The notes below the pieces were generated by a model that saw only the letters and a program-made list of their open reading frames with translations, had not been told where the DNA came from and ran no database searches. The position numbers were made by a program, and so were the translations under genes. Source: Nanobdellati archaeon (GTDB lineage: Archaea; B1Sed10-29; JAGVWA01). Taken from it: DNA of 54,204 bases. The DNA lies in contig JAGVWA010000014.1 in NCBI GenBank assembly GCA_018304505.1, positions 1 through 54,204 of the forward strand. The letters are read 5' to 3'. How positions within the stretch are numbered: the first letter of the stretch is position 1; every line of letters starts with the position of its first letter. Positions 18,564-27,783 of this stretch are shown one piece after another.

Positions 18564-19085
18564 ATGCGCCAACTTATTGTTCTGGTCATCATGGGGTCCG
18601 TACTAATATTTCTAGCTTTGATTATCCCGATTCAAGAAACTGCTGCGCCGCAATCAGGCAGTGGAAGCAGCCCACAGGGCGGAGGTTTTGATGCAATTGT
18701 TTCGTTTTCTAATGGTGCTGTGGTGCATGTCGAGATCGCGAACACTACGGGGGCCCGGCAAGTTGGTTTGATGAACCACCAGGGCTTGGGAGAAAAGGAA
18801 GGGATGCTGCTCGATTTCATGTCTATTGGAAGCCACGGAATTTGGATGATGAACATGAAGTTCTCCATTGACGCTATATGGGTTAACACTGTAGGAATCG
18901 TGGTGCACGTTGAGGAAAATCTGCAGCCGTGCAGCAGCAATCCAGGGAATGTTTGCCCCGCGTATTATTCTAAGGCATCAAATGTTCGTTATGTGCTTGA
19001 GGTGCCGGCAGGTTTCGCTGCGCGCAGAGGTATTGCCATTGGGGACGATGTTGAAATTGCCACAATTCAAAAACAGGTAGGTTAA
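18564..19085 (+). CDS. DUF192 family protein
   Basis: VEIANT..R..GLM, GMLLDF, IWMMNMKFSIDAIW, YVLEVPAG. Confidence 0.92.
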   Translation: MRQLIVLVIMGSVLIFLALIIPIQETAAPQSGSGSSPQGGGFDAIVSFSNGAVVHVEIANTTGARQVGLMNHQGLGEKEGMLLDFMSIGSHGIWMMNMKFSIDAIWVNTVGIVVHVEENLQPCSSNPGNVCPAYYSKASNVRYVLEVPAGFAARRGIAIGDDVEIATIQKQVG

Positions 19086-20029
19086 ACTGCTAGCGATCTC
19101 GCTATCAGGGTTAGGATGTACAATGAGTAGATCACTGCGGCCACAAGGGCTTCTGTTTTATGGAACCACGTGCGCATGACGATGACAGTCACGAACACCG
19201 TTGTGATTAGCAGGAATAGGAAGTCATAAGCGAACGTGCCTAGGGCTATTGGTATTGGTTGAATTAGGGCGACAGACCCGATGACGACAAGAATGTTGAA
19301 TATGTTTGAGCCGATGATGTTGCCTATGCTTAGCGAAAATTGTTTTCGCCTGATTGCAACGAGGGACACGACGATCTCTGGCAGGCCGGTTCCTATTGCG
19401 ATAACAGTTGCGGCGATGGCCCAGTCTGGAATGCCTGCCATTATCGAGAGGAGTATTGCATTGTCAACGGTGATTTTTGCGCCGAAGTACAAAACCGTGA
19501 TGCTGATAGCAAGTTTGGCATAGTCGTGCCACGTTGTTCCGAGGTATTTAACAGACACGGTTTTTTCTTCTTTTTTGAAGTCTCGGTATATGCTGAATGA
19601 GTAGTAAGCGTACAAAGCGATAAACGCGAGGCCTAGGAGCCGCGTGACGCTACCGATGAGGGTTGTTGCTGCGAACAGGATCGCGGAAACCAGCAGCCAC
19701 ACCACGTCCCGCTCTAGGAGCTTCTTGTCATTGAACGTGTATCGTGTGTGGAACCCTATGATGGCTATGATGAAGCAAATGTTTAATATGTTGCTCCCGA
19801 GGATGGTGCCGATGGAAATTCCAGCATGCCCCTCGGCTACTGCAAGGCTGCTGACGGTCAATTCAGGGAAGCTGGTGCCAAAAGCGACAATGGTGAGGCC
19901 AATGATGAGTTCTGAAATCCCGAATGACCTGGCGATTTTTGATGAGGCGTCTATGAGGGCGTCTGCGCCCTTGACCAAGAGGGCAAGGCCGATGACCAGC
20001 AACGCGGTTTCTATGAACACCATGCGCAT
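19082..20029 (-). CDS. Calcium/sodium antiporter (CaCA, YrbG-like)
   Basis: Alpha repeats GTSFPE/GSN and GTGLPE/GNIIGSN. Confidence 0.95.
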   Translation of the reverse strand: MRMVFIETALLVIGLALLVKGADALIDASSKIARSFGISELIIGLTIVAFGTSFPELTVSSLAVAEGHAGISIGTILGSNILNICFIIAIIGFHTRYTFNDKKLLERDVVWLLVSAILFAATTLIGSVTRLLGLAFIALYAYYSFSIYRDFKKEEKTVSVKYLGTTWHDYAKLAISITVLYFGAKITVDNAILLSIMAGIPDWAIAATVIAIGTGLPEIVVSLVAIRRKQFSLSIGNIIGSNIFNILVVIGSVALIQPIPIALGTFAYDFLFLLITTVFVTVIVMRTWFHKTEALVAAVIYSLYILTLIARSLAV

Positions 20030-20118
20030 TTATAGGGGCTATTGACTTATAAATCCAATCCCTGCAATGAAAAGGGTTTTAATATCAAAAAAGAACAATA
20101 ACCTAAACAGCGTGAATC

Positions 20119-20235
20119 GCCTCAGTGGCTTAGACTGCATAGGGGCAAGCTCTTTGCTTGTCATCCTGGCGGGAGAAGTGGTATAGCGCCTGTCTCGTAA
20201 ACAGGAGGTCGTGGGTTCAACTCCCACCTGAGGCT
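20119..20235 (+). tRNA. tRNA-Thr(CGT) with 45-nt D-loop intron (20134-20178, position 15/16)
   Basis: Acceptor GCCTCAG/CTGAGGC; anticodon arm CCTGT-CTCGTAA-ACAGG; removing the insert gives D-arm GCTTAGTGGTATAGC; relaxed BHB. Confidence 0.9.
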
Positions 20236-20237
20236 TA

Positions 20238-20377
20238 GGGGGGCTTCGCTTGCAAGGAAACGAAGTTTCGTTGAAGATTTGAAAAACAGGGTTTTTCAAA
20301 TTTGACAAACGCGTAGCGTTCTGTCAAGTCTCAAGGAACTCAATTCCGTGCAGACCCCTTCTATCCCTGAAGCACTG
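20238..20377 (+). repeat. Modular palindromic repeat cluster, copy B
   Basis: Same modules as 17499-17738 in a different nesting order. Confidence 0.85.
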
Positions 20378-20391
20378 TCACCATCGAGCTA

Positions 20392-20730
20392 TTATAGGTA
20401 TATAAATAGAACGTTCAGGATGCCGAAGATCAGGCCGAAGATTAAGTTTGCGGCCTTGTAAGTGATCTCTGTGCCAGTCAGGGTTATTAGTGCAAATAGG
20501 GTCAGGGCTCCGGCAACAATGCCCTCCATGTGGCCGTGTTTAAAATAGTCGTAGGCCCCAATTACCAGCCATGCCACGCCGAACAGGGCCAGTATGTAGT
20601 AGATGCCGGCTGTTATGGATTGTGGGAGAATTACCGAGGCCCCAAAGGCTATCATTACCAATAGAGGGACGTTTTCCCCGCCGATCCTGGTGCGGTCACG
20701 TTTCATGTGGTATGGTGTCGGTTCTCCCAT
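20392..20730 (-). CDS. Small membrane protein (about 4 TM)
   Basis: Hydrophobic ORF with TATA box and RBS upstream. Confidence 0.7.
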   Translation of the reverse strand: MGEPTPYHMKRDRTRIGGENVPLLVMIAFGASVILPQSITAGIYYILALFGVAWLVIGAYDYFKHGHMEGIVAGALTLFALITLTGTEITYKAANLIFGLIFGILNVLFIYL

Positions 20731-20898
20731 GTTAATCCCATTAATATTCTTACTACCTTTTGGTAGTTACATATTTATAAAGCTTTCGTCCCAGCACAGC
20801 CACCTGAGAATCGGGGGAGGGTTTATAAATAAAGTTAGGTACAAATACTACCGTATTAAGAGTTACATAGCTGCAGTGCTATTTATGGGGGATTTGCA

Positions 20899-21195
20899 AT
20901 GGTAGGACACAAGCATCATGGTCTGCACTCTAAGACACGGCATGCCAGAAAAAAGGGGATTCGGGAAAAGGGCATGACGCCAATAACCACGTTGCTGCGC
21001 AAATTTAATGAGGGGGAGAGCGTACACATCTCTGTAAACCCATCGCAGCACAAGGGCCAACCCTACAGGAGATTCCACGGAAAAACAGGCGTGATTGTCG
21101 CAAAGCAGGGCAGGGCATACCTTGTGCAGATTAAGGATCAAAACGCAACAAAGCAAGTAATAGTTTCTGCACCACATCTTAAACGGCAGGTGTAA
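20899..21195 (+). CDS. rpl21e: 50S ribosomal protein L21e
   Basis: KTR, G.P.RRFHGKTG, PHLK. Confidence 0.96.
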   Translation: MVGHKHHGLHSKTRHARKKGIREKGMTPITTLLRKFNEGESVHISVNPSQHKGQPYRRFHGKTGVIVAKQGRAYLVQIKDQNATKQVIVSAPHLKRQV

Positions 21196-21198
21196 ACC

Positions 21199-21528
21199 AT
21201 GATTGGAAAGGAAATAATTTCACAAAAGGCGCTGACATTGGCGGAGCTTAAGAACATACTTCAAAAGCGCGAAAAGGAAGGCGAACTTTCATTTGAGCAA
21301 AAGACGGCGCTGGAGTACGCGAAGGAGTTTGGAAAAACCCCTGTAAAGAAAGCGCAGGAGGCAATCGCCAAGATAACCGAAATGGGCTTGGACGAGGACA
21401 CCGCGACATCCATAGTGAACGTAAAACCCGCCTCGAAAGAGCAAGTCAATCTTATCATAGAGCATTCAAGGGCAAAGCTGAAGGATGCTCAGGTAAAAGA
21501 AGTGCTGGACCTCTGTGTGGCGCTTTAA
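21199..21528 (+). CDS. rpoF: RNA polymerase subunit Rpo4 (F)
   Basis: ELSFEQKTALEYA; rpl21e-rpoF-DUF655-rsmA context. Confidence 0.93.
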   Translation: MIGKEIISQKALTLAELKNILQKREKEGELSFEQKTALEYAKEFGKTPVKKAQEAIAKITEMGLDEDTATSIVNVKPASKEQVNLIIEHSRAKLKDAQVKEVLDLCVAL

Positions 21529-21533
21529 CTGGG

Positions 21534-22166
21534 GTGAATGGCTTGTTCAAGGAGAATTCTGCGATAATACTAGATTTCCTGCCTACAGGATACGCCTCGG
21601 GCTTTAAAAAGGAACCAGTAGCCCAGGCAATAGGCGAGGACTTCCTGACGTTGCTTGAATTGACGCCGAAACCCAATGTTTCGTTTTCGCTAAGGGAAAA
21701 GGTTTACATTGGCAAGGACGAGCGCGACAAGGTGCAGTTCATCAAGGGTCGCATAACCTTTGATAAGCTCACAGCGACTGCGCGCAACGAATTAGAGGCT
21801 TACGTCAAGGACCGCGTCCAAGAACAGGAAGCAAAATACGTGGAATTCTTCAACAAGGCTGGACCAATTACGGTGAGGCAGCACTCGCTGGAGTTGTTGC
21901 CCAACATTGGAAAAAAGCACATGTGGGACATCATCAACGCTCGCGACAAGAAGCCCTTTGAGTCATTCAAGGACATAGAGCAGCGCGTTGCGTTAATGCC
22001 GGACCCGAGAAAGGTCGTTATCGAAAGGATGATGGATGAATTCAAGGGCGGGGAAAAGTACTACTTGTTCATCAGGCCGCCGGCGCCAAAAACCGAGCAG
22101 CATGAAGGCAGATTTGGGGGCAGCCGGCCTTTTCAAAACCGGGACAGGGGTTTCAGGCGACGCTAA
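21534..22166 (+). CDS. DUF655 family putative RNA-binding protein
   Basis: QAIGEDFLTLLEL, RQHSLELLPNIGKK, PFESFKDI. Confidence 0.93.
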   Translation: MNGLFKENSAIILDFLPTGYASGFKKEPVAQAIGEDFLTLLELTPKPNVSFSLREKVYIGKDERDKVQFIKGRITFDKLTATARNELEAYVKDRVQEQEAKYVEFFNKAGPITVRQHSLELLPNIGKKHMWDIINARDKKPFESFKDIEQRVALMPDPRKVVIERMMDEFKGGEKYYLFIRPPAPKTEQHEGRFGGSRPFQNRDRGFRRR

Positions 22167-22918
22167 ATGACACTGAAGCCAAACGTGATGAGGATACAGG
22201 CAACATATGGCTTCCGGCCAAAGACCAAAACTTCCTAACAGACCAGGCAGGGATTTCCCGCATTGTGCGCTATCTGGAGCTCGACAAGGGCAAGGACACA
22301 GTTCTAGAAGTAGGCCCTGGCCTGGGCTTCATTACAGCGGAATTGGCGAGGAACGCGAAGAAGGTCATAGCAATCGAAAAAGACACCAAGCTCAAACCGA
22401 TTCTTTCAGATGAATTGTCCCAATATGAGAACATTGAAATAATATACGGGGATGCCCTCGAGGCCAAGTTCCCGGAGTTCAACAAGTTTTTTTCAGCAAC
22501 CCCGTACTCGATTTCAAGCCCATTAATTTTCAAGCTGCTGGATTACGATTTCGACCTCGGCGTTATGATCCTGCAGCGCGAGTTCGCGGAAAAAATGGTG
22601 GAACAGCCAGGTTCTTCGGACTATGGTCGCCTCAGCGTGATGTGCCAGAAGTACTTCGAAATCGAGTTCAAGGAAGCCCTGTCGAGAATGCTTTTTTTTC
22701 CACAGCCCAAGGTTGATTCAGGGGTTGTGGTGCTGCGAAAAAAGGACGTGAAGCGCGACCAGCAGTTCGACGAATTCATCCGCGAGATCTTCAGGTACAA
22801 GAACAAGGACGTCAAGAACGCGGTCAAAACCGCGTTTGGCAAGGACATTGAAGACAATAGGAAGGTCTTCACGCTCGATTTGATTTCACTAAAAGGCCTC
22901 TATAACCGGGTTTTCTAG
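22167..22918 (+). pseudogene. rsmA: 16S rRNA dimethyltransferase RsmA/KsgA with a 1-nt frameshift near 22220
   Basis: ATG 22167 gives MTLKPNVMRIQATYGFRP then a stop; DQNFLTD...VLEVGPGLG continues in the -1 frame. Confidence 0.85.
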
Positions 22919-22922
22919 CAGC

Positions 22923-23216
22923 TTACATATCGTTGTTCAAGTCCCGCAAGACCACGCCAAGGGCATCTTTAGTGTCCTTATCAGGGCACGTACTGAGGAA
23001 GCTGTTGAGCATGCTCCGTGCCCTGTTCCTGATAAGTGCCCGCGATACGGGCAGTTCATCGTCGGCAATTTTCAGCAGCCTGTGCCCCTCAATAAGCGGT
23101 TTAAGATTTGAAAAATCGTCAAGCGAAAGCCCTCTTCTCCTGCGTGATTGAAGTTTCGTCAGCAGGTCGTGCGTTATTTCTTCAACCTTAATCGTCTCGA
23201 ATGAGTCTTGCCACAT
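22923..23216 (-). CDS. MW-family orphan (MWQDSF...)
   Basis: ATG 1 nt after the upstream stop; GGGGG RBS. Confidence 0.75.
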   Translation of the reverse strand: MWQDSFETIKVEEITHDLLTKLQSRRRRGLSLDDFSNLKPLIEGHRLLKIADDELPVSRALIRNRARSMLNSFLSTCPDKDTKDALGVVLRDLNNDM

Positions 23217-23217
23217 G

Positions 23218-23592
23218 TTAAAGCCCCCAGTCCGCGAGATCTCTCTGCGGTGGATTATCATATCTCTCGATTTTGGTTTGCCCGTCTGGCGTGACGGCAA
23301 CAGGGGCCATGGTTTCATCGGTTAGTATGTCGTTTATGGCCGCGTTTGCAAGTTTCCTGACAGCAGCTGGTTTTCTGCCAATTTCCTGAAAGCGTTGTAT
23401 GTGGTTCACGGCATTCTGCAGGGCGCGCTGTTTTGCACCCTCTTCTAGATCGCTTGTGTTTTTCAGAATCGATAGCGCATTTTGCAGGTGCATAACTCGT
23501 GTAGACGCATAAGTATCATATCTTTTCTCTGGTTTTTGTTGGTCCGCAATTAACTCATTAACCTTTGGTATTGCGTCTTTTGCTGCCCACAT
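23218..23592 (-). CDS. MW-family orphan (MWAAKDA...)
   Basis: GGAG RBS; MWxAxDA motif shared with two neighbours; alternative ATG at 23598. Confidence 0.72.
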   Translation of the reverse strand: MWAAKDAIPKVNELIADQQKPEKRYDTYASTRVMHLQNALSILKNTSDLEEGAKQRALQNAVNHIQRFQEIGRKPAAVRKLANAAINDILTDETMAPVAVTPDGQTKIERYDNPPQRDLADWGL

Positions 23593-23628
23593 GCACATCA
23601 GTCTCCACTTCAATCCTCTAATAGCTCC

Positions 23629-23862
23629 TCATGACAGCCACACCTGGTCCTGTTGAATTTGGGTTATCGCGGCGTCAGCAGATTCGGTCAGTTCAGGGCA
23701 TCTTGATTTCAGCCTTTCCAGTTGGCAAAACGCGTCTCTCAACTGGCCTTTTGGCATGCCGATGCCCCCTTCAAAGTTCCGTAGGTGTTTAATGGCTGTC
23801 CTTTTTTCTGGGCACGTTGGCAGCTGTTCAATAATCTCTACTGCATCTAATGCGTTCCACAT
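23629..23862 (-). CDS. MW-family orphan (MWNALDA...)
   Basis: GGAG RBS; start 4 nt after the upstream stop. Confidence 0.75.
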   Translation of the reverse strand: MWNALDAVEIIEQLPTCPEKRTAIKHLRNFEGGIGMPKGQLRDAFCQLERLKSRCPELTESADAAITQIQQDQVWLS

Positions 23863-23866
23863 AAAT

Positions 23867-24175
23867 CTAGTCTCCAAGTGATGACCTGTCGAATGTCGAG
23901 AATCCAGGTTCTGTGTCGATGTACCTCATTGCGTCAAATGCTATCCTCGCCGCGTGTTCATTGTCGCAGTGCCTCCTGAATATTGCCAGGCCTTTTTCGG
24001 CTTGCACAAGCAGCTGCCAGCGTTTCTTGCCAGAAAGCGCGACTGCCTGTTGCAGGCTCTGATGAGCGGTTGTCAGCGCTTCCCTGTCTTCTGGTCCCCG
24101 CACAGAGGTGTTTTTTCCGTAGCCTGCGTCAATCAGCGTCGTGGTTTGTGCTAGTGCATCATTTGCGTTCCACAT
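23867..24175 (-). CDS. MW-family orphan (MWNANDA...)
   Basis: GGGGGAG RBS; TATA box TTTAAATA upstream. Confidence 0.78.
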   Translation of the reverse strand: MWNANDALAQTTTLIDAGYGKNTSVRGPEDREALTTAHQSLQQAVALSGKKRWQLLVQAEKGLAIFRRHCDNEHAARIAFDAMRYIDTEPGFSTFDRSSLGD

Positions 24176-24204
24176 AAGCTCCCCCACGTAATATTCTTAC
24201 TATT

Positions 24205-24218
24205 AAGTATTTAAACCT
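24205..24218. promoter_or_regulatory. TATA box in the short divergent intergenic region (MW operon / radical SAM gene)
   Basis: TATTTAAA on +, TTTAAATA on -, about 22-32 nt from both starts. Confidence 0.55.
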
Positions 24219-24237
24219 TAACGCGCAAGAATATCCT

Positions 24238-25545
24238 ATGACCATATTTCATGAAAAGCAGGACCAGATCATCAACGTACAGAGCGGCCAGTGCAACTGG
24301 AAAGATTGTGTTGGGTGTGGCTGGGGCAAGCTGAAGTTCCCGGTGTCAGTGGAAAACCTGAAGCAGCAAATTCTGCGCGTGAAGCTCGATCCTGAAAAGA
24401 TACTAAAGATTTTCGAATCTGGGAGTTTCTTTGACGATGACCAGATCCCGCGCGAATTCAGGCAATGGTTCGCGCAGCACTGCAAAGAGCAGGGCATCCG
24501 TCATTTGGTTCTGGAAAGCCGCCCGGAATTCATTACAGAAGAGAACCTAAACGACTTCAGAGGCGTAGGAATCGACATGCATATCGCCATCGGCCTCGAG
24601 AGCACTGACAACGCGATCCTCAAGAAATACAATAAGGGCTTCACGTTCGAGGACTACAAAGCATCGGTAGACGTCATCCGAAAAGTCGGCTTCAAGGTAC
24701 GAACGTTTATACTCGTCAACATGTATCACAGCCAGCAACTGGATTTGGAAAAATCGATAGAAGAGACCCTGCCATTGACTGACTCCTTAGTCATTATTAA
24801 CATGATGCCGCATGCCTCAACGAGCCTCTTCTCGTTATGGGTCAACGGCCTGTGGAAACCGTTTGACAGGAAGCAATTCTACAGCGCGGTTGACAAGTGG
24901 AAGGACAACCCGAAAGCAGAAATTGATTTTGATAACTTCGTATTCGCGCCAAAATTCGTTGAGCGGGAACGCGTAATGATTAAGGGGGCCACGGTTGATA
25001 ACTTGAAGCATAAGCATTTCGAGGTGTGGCAGGACTTCATACAGAGGATTTATGAAAGGCCAGAGCGCAAGGACATCGCGTTGTTCTTGCCGTGTAGTTT
25101 CCAAAAGCCGTACGAGCGGTCACAGACGCACACAGCAATTGACAAGGTCCTACAGTCATCGGACCTGTTTCCCAGGATTCACAAGCTCGTTATCTCAACA
25201 CCGGGAGTCGTACCTTTTGAGTTCAACAGCAAGTACCCGTTCAACAGCTACGACTGGCCGGAGTGGGAAGAAACGTCAGACGTCAGGCAAGAATATGTAA
25301 ATGTAAACGCGGAGCGCATCAGGAAATACCTTGAAAACCACGAATACAAAATGATTGTTTGCTATCTCAAGCCAACTTCGGACACGTATAAGGCCCTGGA
25401 ACGAGCGTGCCAAGACCTGGGCTTGAAGTTCACGAACCTGCTTTCAGACGAGGTCTTCGATTTGGTGAGCGACTTGAAGAATCCAGTAGCGCGCCCAGAG
25501 GCGCTTGCGAATTTGCGAAGAAACCTAGCAGGCGTCACCTGCTGA
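24238..25545 (+). CDS. Radical SAM (RaSEA-like) domain fused to an ArcS/DUF5591-like domain; probable archaeosine synthesis
   Basis: CNWKDCVGC, SGSFFD, LESRPEFI, IAIGLES, NKGFT; then LFLPCS.QKPY..S.TH, PGVVPFE, YDW. Confidence 0.8.
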   Translation: MTIFHEKQDQIINVQSGQCNWKDCVGCGWGKLKFPVSVENLKQQILRVKLDPEKILKIFESGSFFDDDQIPREFRQWFAQHCKEQGIRHLVLESRPEFITEENLNDFRGVGIDMHIAIGLESTDNAILKKYNKGFTFEDYKASVDVIRKVGFKVRTFILVNMYHSQQLDLEKSIEETLPLTDSLVIINMMPHASTSLFSLWVNGLWKPFDRKQFYSAVDKWKDNPKAEIDFDNFVFAPKFVERERVMIKGATVDNLKHKHFEVWQDFIQRIYERPERKDIALFLPCSFQKPYERSQTHTAIDKVLQSSDLFPRIHKLVISTPGVVPFEFNSKYPFNSYDWPEWEETSDVRQEYVNVNAERIRKYLENHEYKMIVCYLKPTSDTYKALERACQDLGLKFTNLLSDEVFDLVSDLKNPVARPEALANLRRNLAGVTC

Positions 25546-25615
25546 GCCCCCTAACAGCAACATTGAGCCCTTCATTGCCCAATCTATTTAAAGGTTGCTT
25601 GCATCATTGGAATGC

Positions 25616-26848
25616 ATGGCAGATGTGTTATTTTCAATTTCTATAATCGGCGCTATCATCTTGGTGGGCTTTCTTGGGAACGTGCTTTTTAAGAAAACAA
25701 GTGTCCCAAGCACGCTATGGCTTATTATTTTTGGTATGGTCTTGAGTTTTTTGGGCCTTGCGGGCACGGCTGAGGCTATTGATTTTGCGGGCCTTGTCGG
25801 GGCAATTGCAATTATCGCAATCCTCTCTGACGGCGGCATGAGCCTAAATCTGAAGGAAGTCCTTGCTCACGGGCACCTTGGCTGGCTTTTGCTTATGATG
25901 GGGCTGGTTTCCTCAATGTTCTCAAGCATTGTTGTTCTGGGCCTTTTTGGTTTTCCCCTGGAAATCGGGCTGCTGGTCGGCCTGATAATAGCGGGTACAA
26001 GTTCATCTGTGGTAATTCCAATAATGGTTTCCTTGAGGGTCTCGGACAGGATCAAGTCAATCCTCTCTATTGAATCTATTGCGGATACATTCTCGATATT
26101 GTTTGCTTTGCTGCTAATGGAATTTCTGTCAGGTGAGATGGAGTTGTTGCCAGGTACCCTTCTTCAAGCGATTTCTTCAGAGCTAATTTCAGCAATCTTC
26201 ATTGGTGGCTTGCTTGGTTTTGCATTGGCTTCGCTTATCGTAAGGCTTAGGAAGCATGAGTTTTTTTATTCCGCTTTGTTAGGGGCCCTGCTTTTGTTGT
26301 ACGTGTTTGCAGAGACGTTTGGTGCCAACGGGGCACTGGCAATATTTTCGGCGGGATTGATAATTGGCAATGCGCACGTCATTCAAAAGGCAATCTTTCC
26401 AAGGGGGCATTTTGAAAAAATGGACCGCGATGTTGGCAGGACCCATTCATTAATCGCTTTCCTAATTCGTGTGTTCTTCTTCGTGTTCCTTGGAATGTTG
26501 GTTGGGCTACCCGACACGCGATTTTTATTAATAGGGTTTATTGTTGTCACGGTTGTGCTTTTAGTTAGGATAGCATATATCCATTTCTTATCAAAAGCAG
26601 GGATGGTAGAGTTTTCTTTAATGGAAAAACGCTTGGCCTCTATCATTATTCCAAGGGGCCTGTCAGCTGCGGTTTTGTCAACCTTTGCTTATTCATTCAA
26701 TCTCCCGTTTGCTGGCGAGGTTGTCCAGATAGTGTTTTCGATAATATTGTTTTCGATAGTCTTCACAACAGCCGGTGTTTTCGTCAGCTTAAGGGACACG
26801 GGTGCGCACGCCAACGTGCGAAGAAATTTTAGGGGGGCGAAAGTGTGA
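25616..26848 (+). CDS. Cation:proton antiporter (CPA1/NhaP-like)
   Basis: About 12 TM helices; GTSSSVVIP, IESIAD, FFFVFLG, PRGLSAAVL. Confidence 0.92.
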   Translation: MADVLFSISIIGAIILVGFLGNVLFKKTSVPSTLWLIIFGMVLSFLGLAGTAEAIDFAGLVGAIAIIAILSDGGMSLNLKEVLAHGHLGWLLLMMGLVSSMFSSIVVLGLFGFPLEIGLLVGLIIAGTSSSVVIPIMVSLRVSDRIKSILSIESIADTFSILFALLLMEFLSGEMELLPGTLLQAISSELISAIFIGGLLGFALASLIVRLRKHEFFYSALLGALLLLYVFAETFGANGALAIFSAGLIIGNAHVIQKAIFPRGHFEKMDRDVGRTHSLIAFLIRVFFFVFLGMLVGLPDTRFLLIGFIVVTVVLLVRIAYIHFLSKAGMVEFSLMEKRLASIIIPRGLSAAVLSTFAYSFNLPFAGEVVQIVFSIILFSIVFTTAGVFVSLRDTGAHANVRRNFRGAKV

Positions 26849-27585
26849 GTTTTGGATTGCAGTTTAAGATGGTGCCAGGGCAGGTTATTTCTCAAGCCTT
26901 TTACCAAGAGCGCCCATTGCCAAAAACATTTTTGGATAAAGCGCGAAAAAAAGACCCCGAAGCATTCCGGTTTTTGCATGAAGGGTATATAAGTTCTCTC
27001 GAGAATGGAAGTTTCAACAAGGCTATCGGCTCTAGAGCCAATGATTTATTAGAATGGGTAAAAAAACAAAAGGAAGCCAAGCAGATGATTCGCGAGGCAG
27101 AACTGCACAAGAAAGGGGTTGAGAAGCAATGGAATGGCCTCAAGGAAAAGTTGTTGCCATGGATTGAGGAGCTGTCTGGTTTTCAATTACCTGATTTCTC
27201 ACTGCCGGTTTATGTGCTTCACCCAAAGCAACGTGCTGGGCATTATATTGCAAACCCACCGCGCATATATTGGGCTACAGGCGACAAATGGAAAAATTAC
27301 TCAAGTGTTTACATGTGCCACGAGATCATGCATTTTCTTACGGAAAAACCAGGCCATAACGTAAGACACGCTGTCCTGCACGCAATCATCGAGTTGGCAA
27401 CTGACAATGAAATTCGCATAAGGCTGAACAAAGCCCCGAGGAAATATACTCTTGAGGGGCATGTTGAATTGAAGGTGCTGAGGGAAAAGTGTTACCCCCA
27501 TTGGAAAAAATACCTCGAGAAAAAGACGTACAGAAATATCCTAGAACTCGCTGCGCATTGCTCTGAGAAAGTGAAGAAAAAATGA
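26845..27585 (+). CDS. Hypothetical zincin-like metallopeptidase
   Basis: HEIMH (HExxH) followed by HAIIE; GTGA overlap with the antiporter stop. Confidence 0.6.
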   Translation: MSFGLQFKMVPGQVISQAFYQERPLPKTFLDKARKKDPEAFRFLHEGYISSLENGSFNKAIGSRANDLLEWVKKQKEAKQMIREAELHKKGVEKQWNGLKEKLLPWIEELSGFQLPDFSLPVYVLHPKQRAGHYIANPPRIYWATGDKWKNYSSVYMCHEIMHFLTEKPGHNVRHAVLHAIIELATDNEIRIRLNKAPRKYTLEGHVELKVLREKCYPHWKKYLEKKTYRNILELAAHCSEKVKKK

Positions 27586-27586
27586 G

Positions 27587-27740
27587 TGCACCTAGCGGGA
27601 TTTGAACCCGCGCCACAAGCTGTTTCCCGCGGGTCTCATTAACCACTCAACCTCGCCGGAGGCGAGAGTTGTGTTTCGGGTGTCGAGAGGGGGAAACCCT
27701 TCGTTGGGAAGCTTGAGTCATGCCCCTAGACTATAGGTGC
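27587..27740 (-). tRNA. tRNA-Gly(CCC) with 83-nt intron at 37/38 (27622-27704)
   Basis: Acceptor GCACCTA/TAGGTGC; CAAGC-TTCCCA|A-GCTTG; BHB central helix TTCC/GGAA. Confidence 0.9.
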
Positions 27741-27783
27741 GCTGCTGTGAAATGTTTATATAGCTACGATGTATTTTAACTTT

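Noticed and set aside
20863-21177. ORF listed as starting MWCRN, a possible 13th MW gene
   Set aside because: Antisense to rpl21e, so it is a shadow ORF and was not counted.
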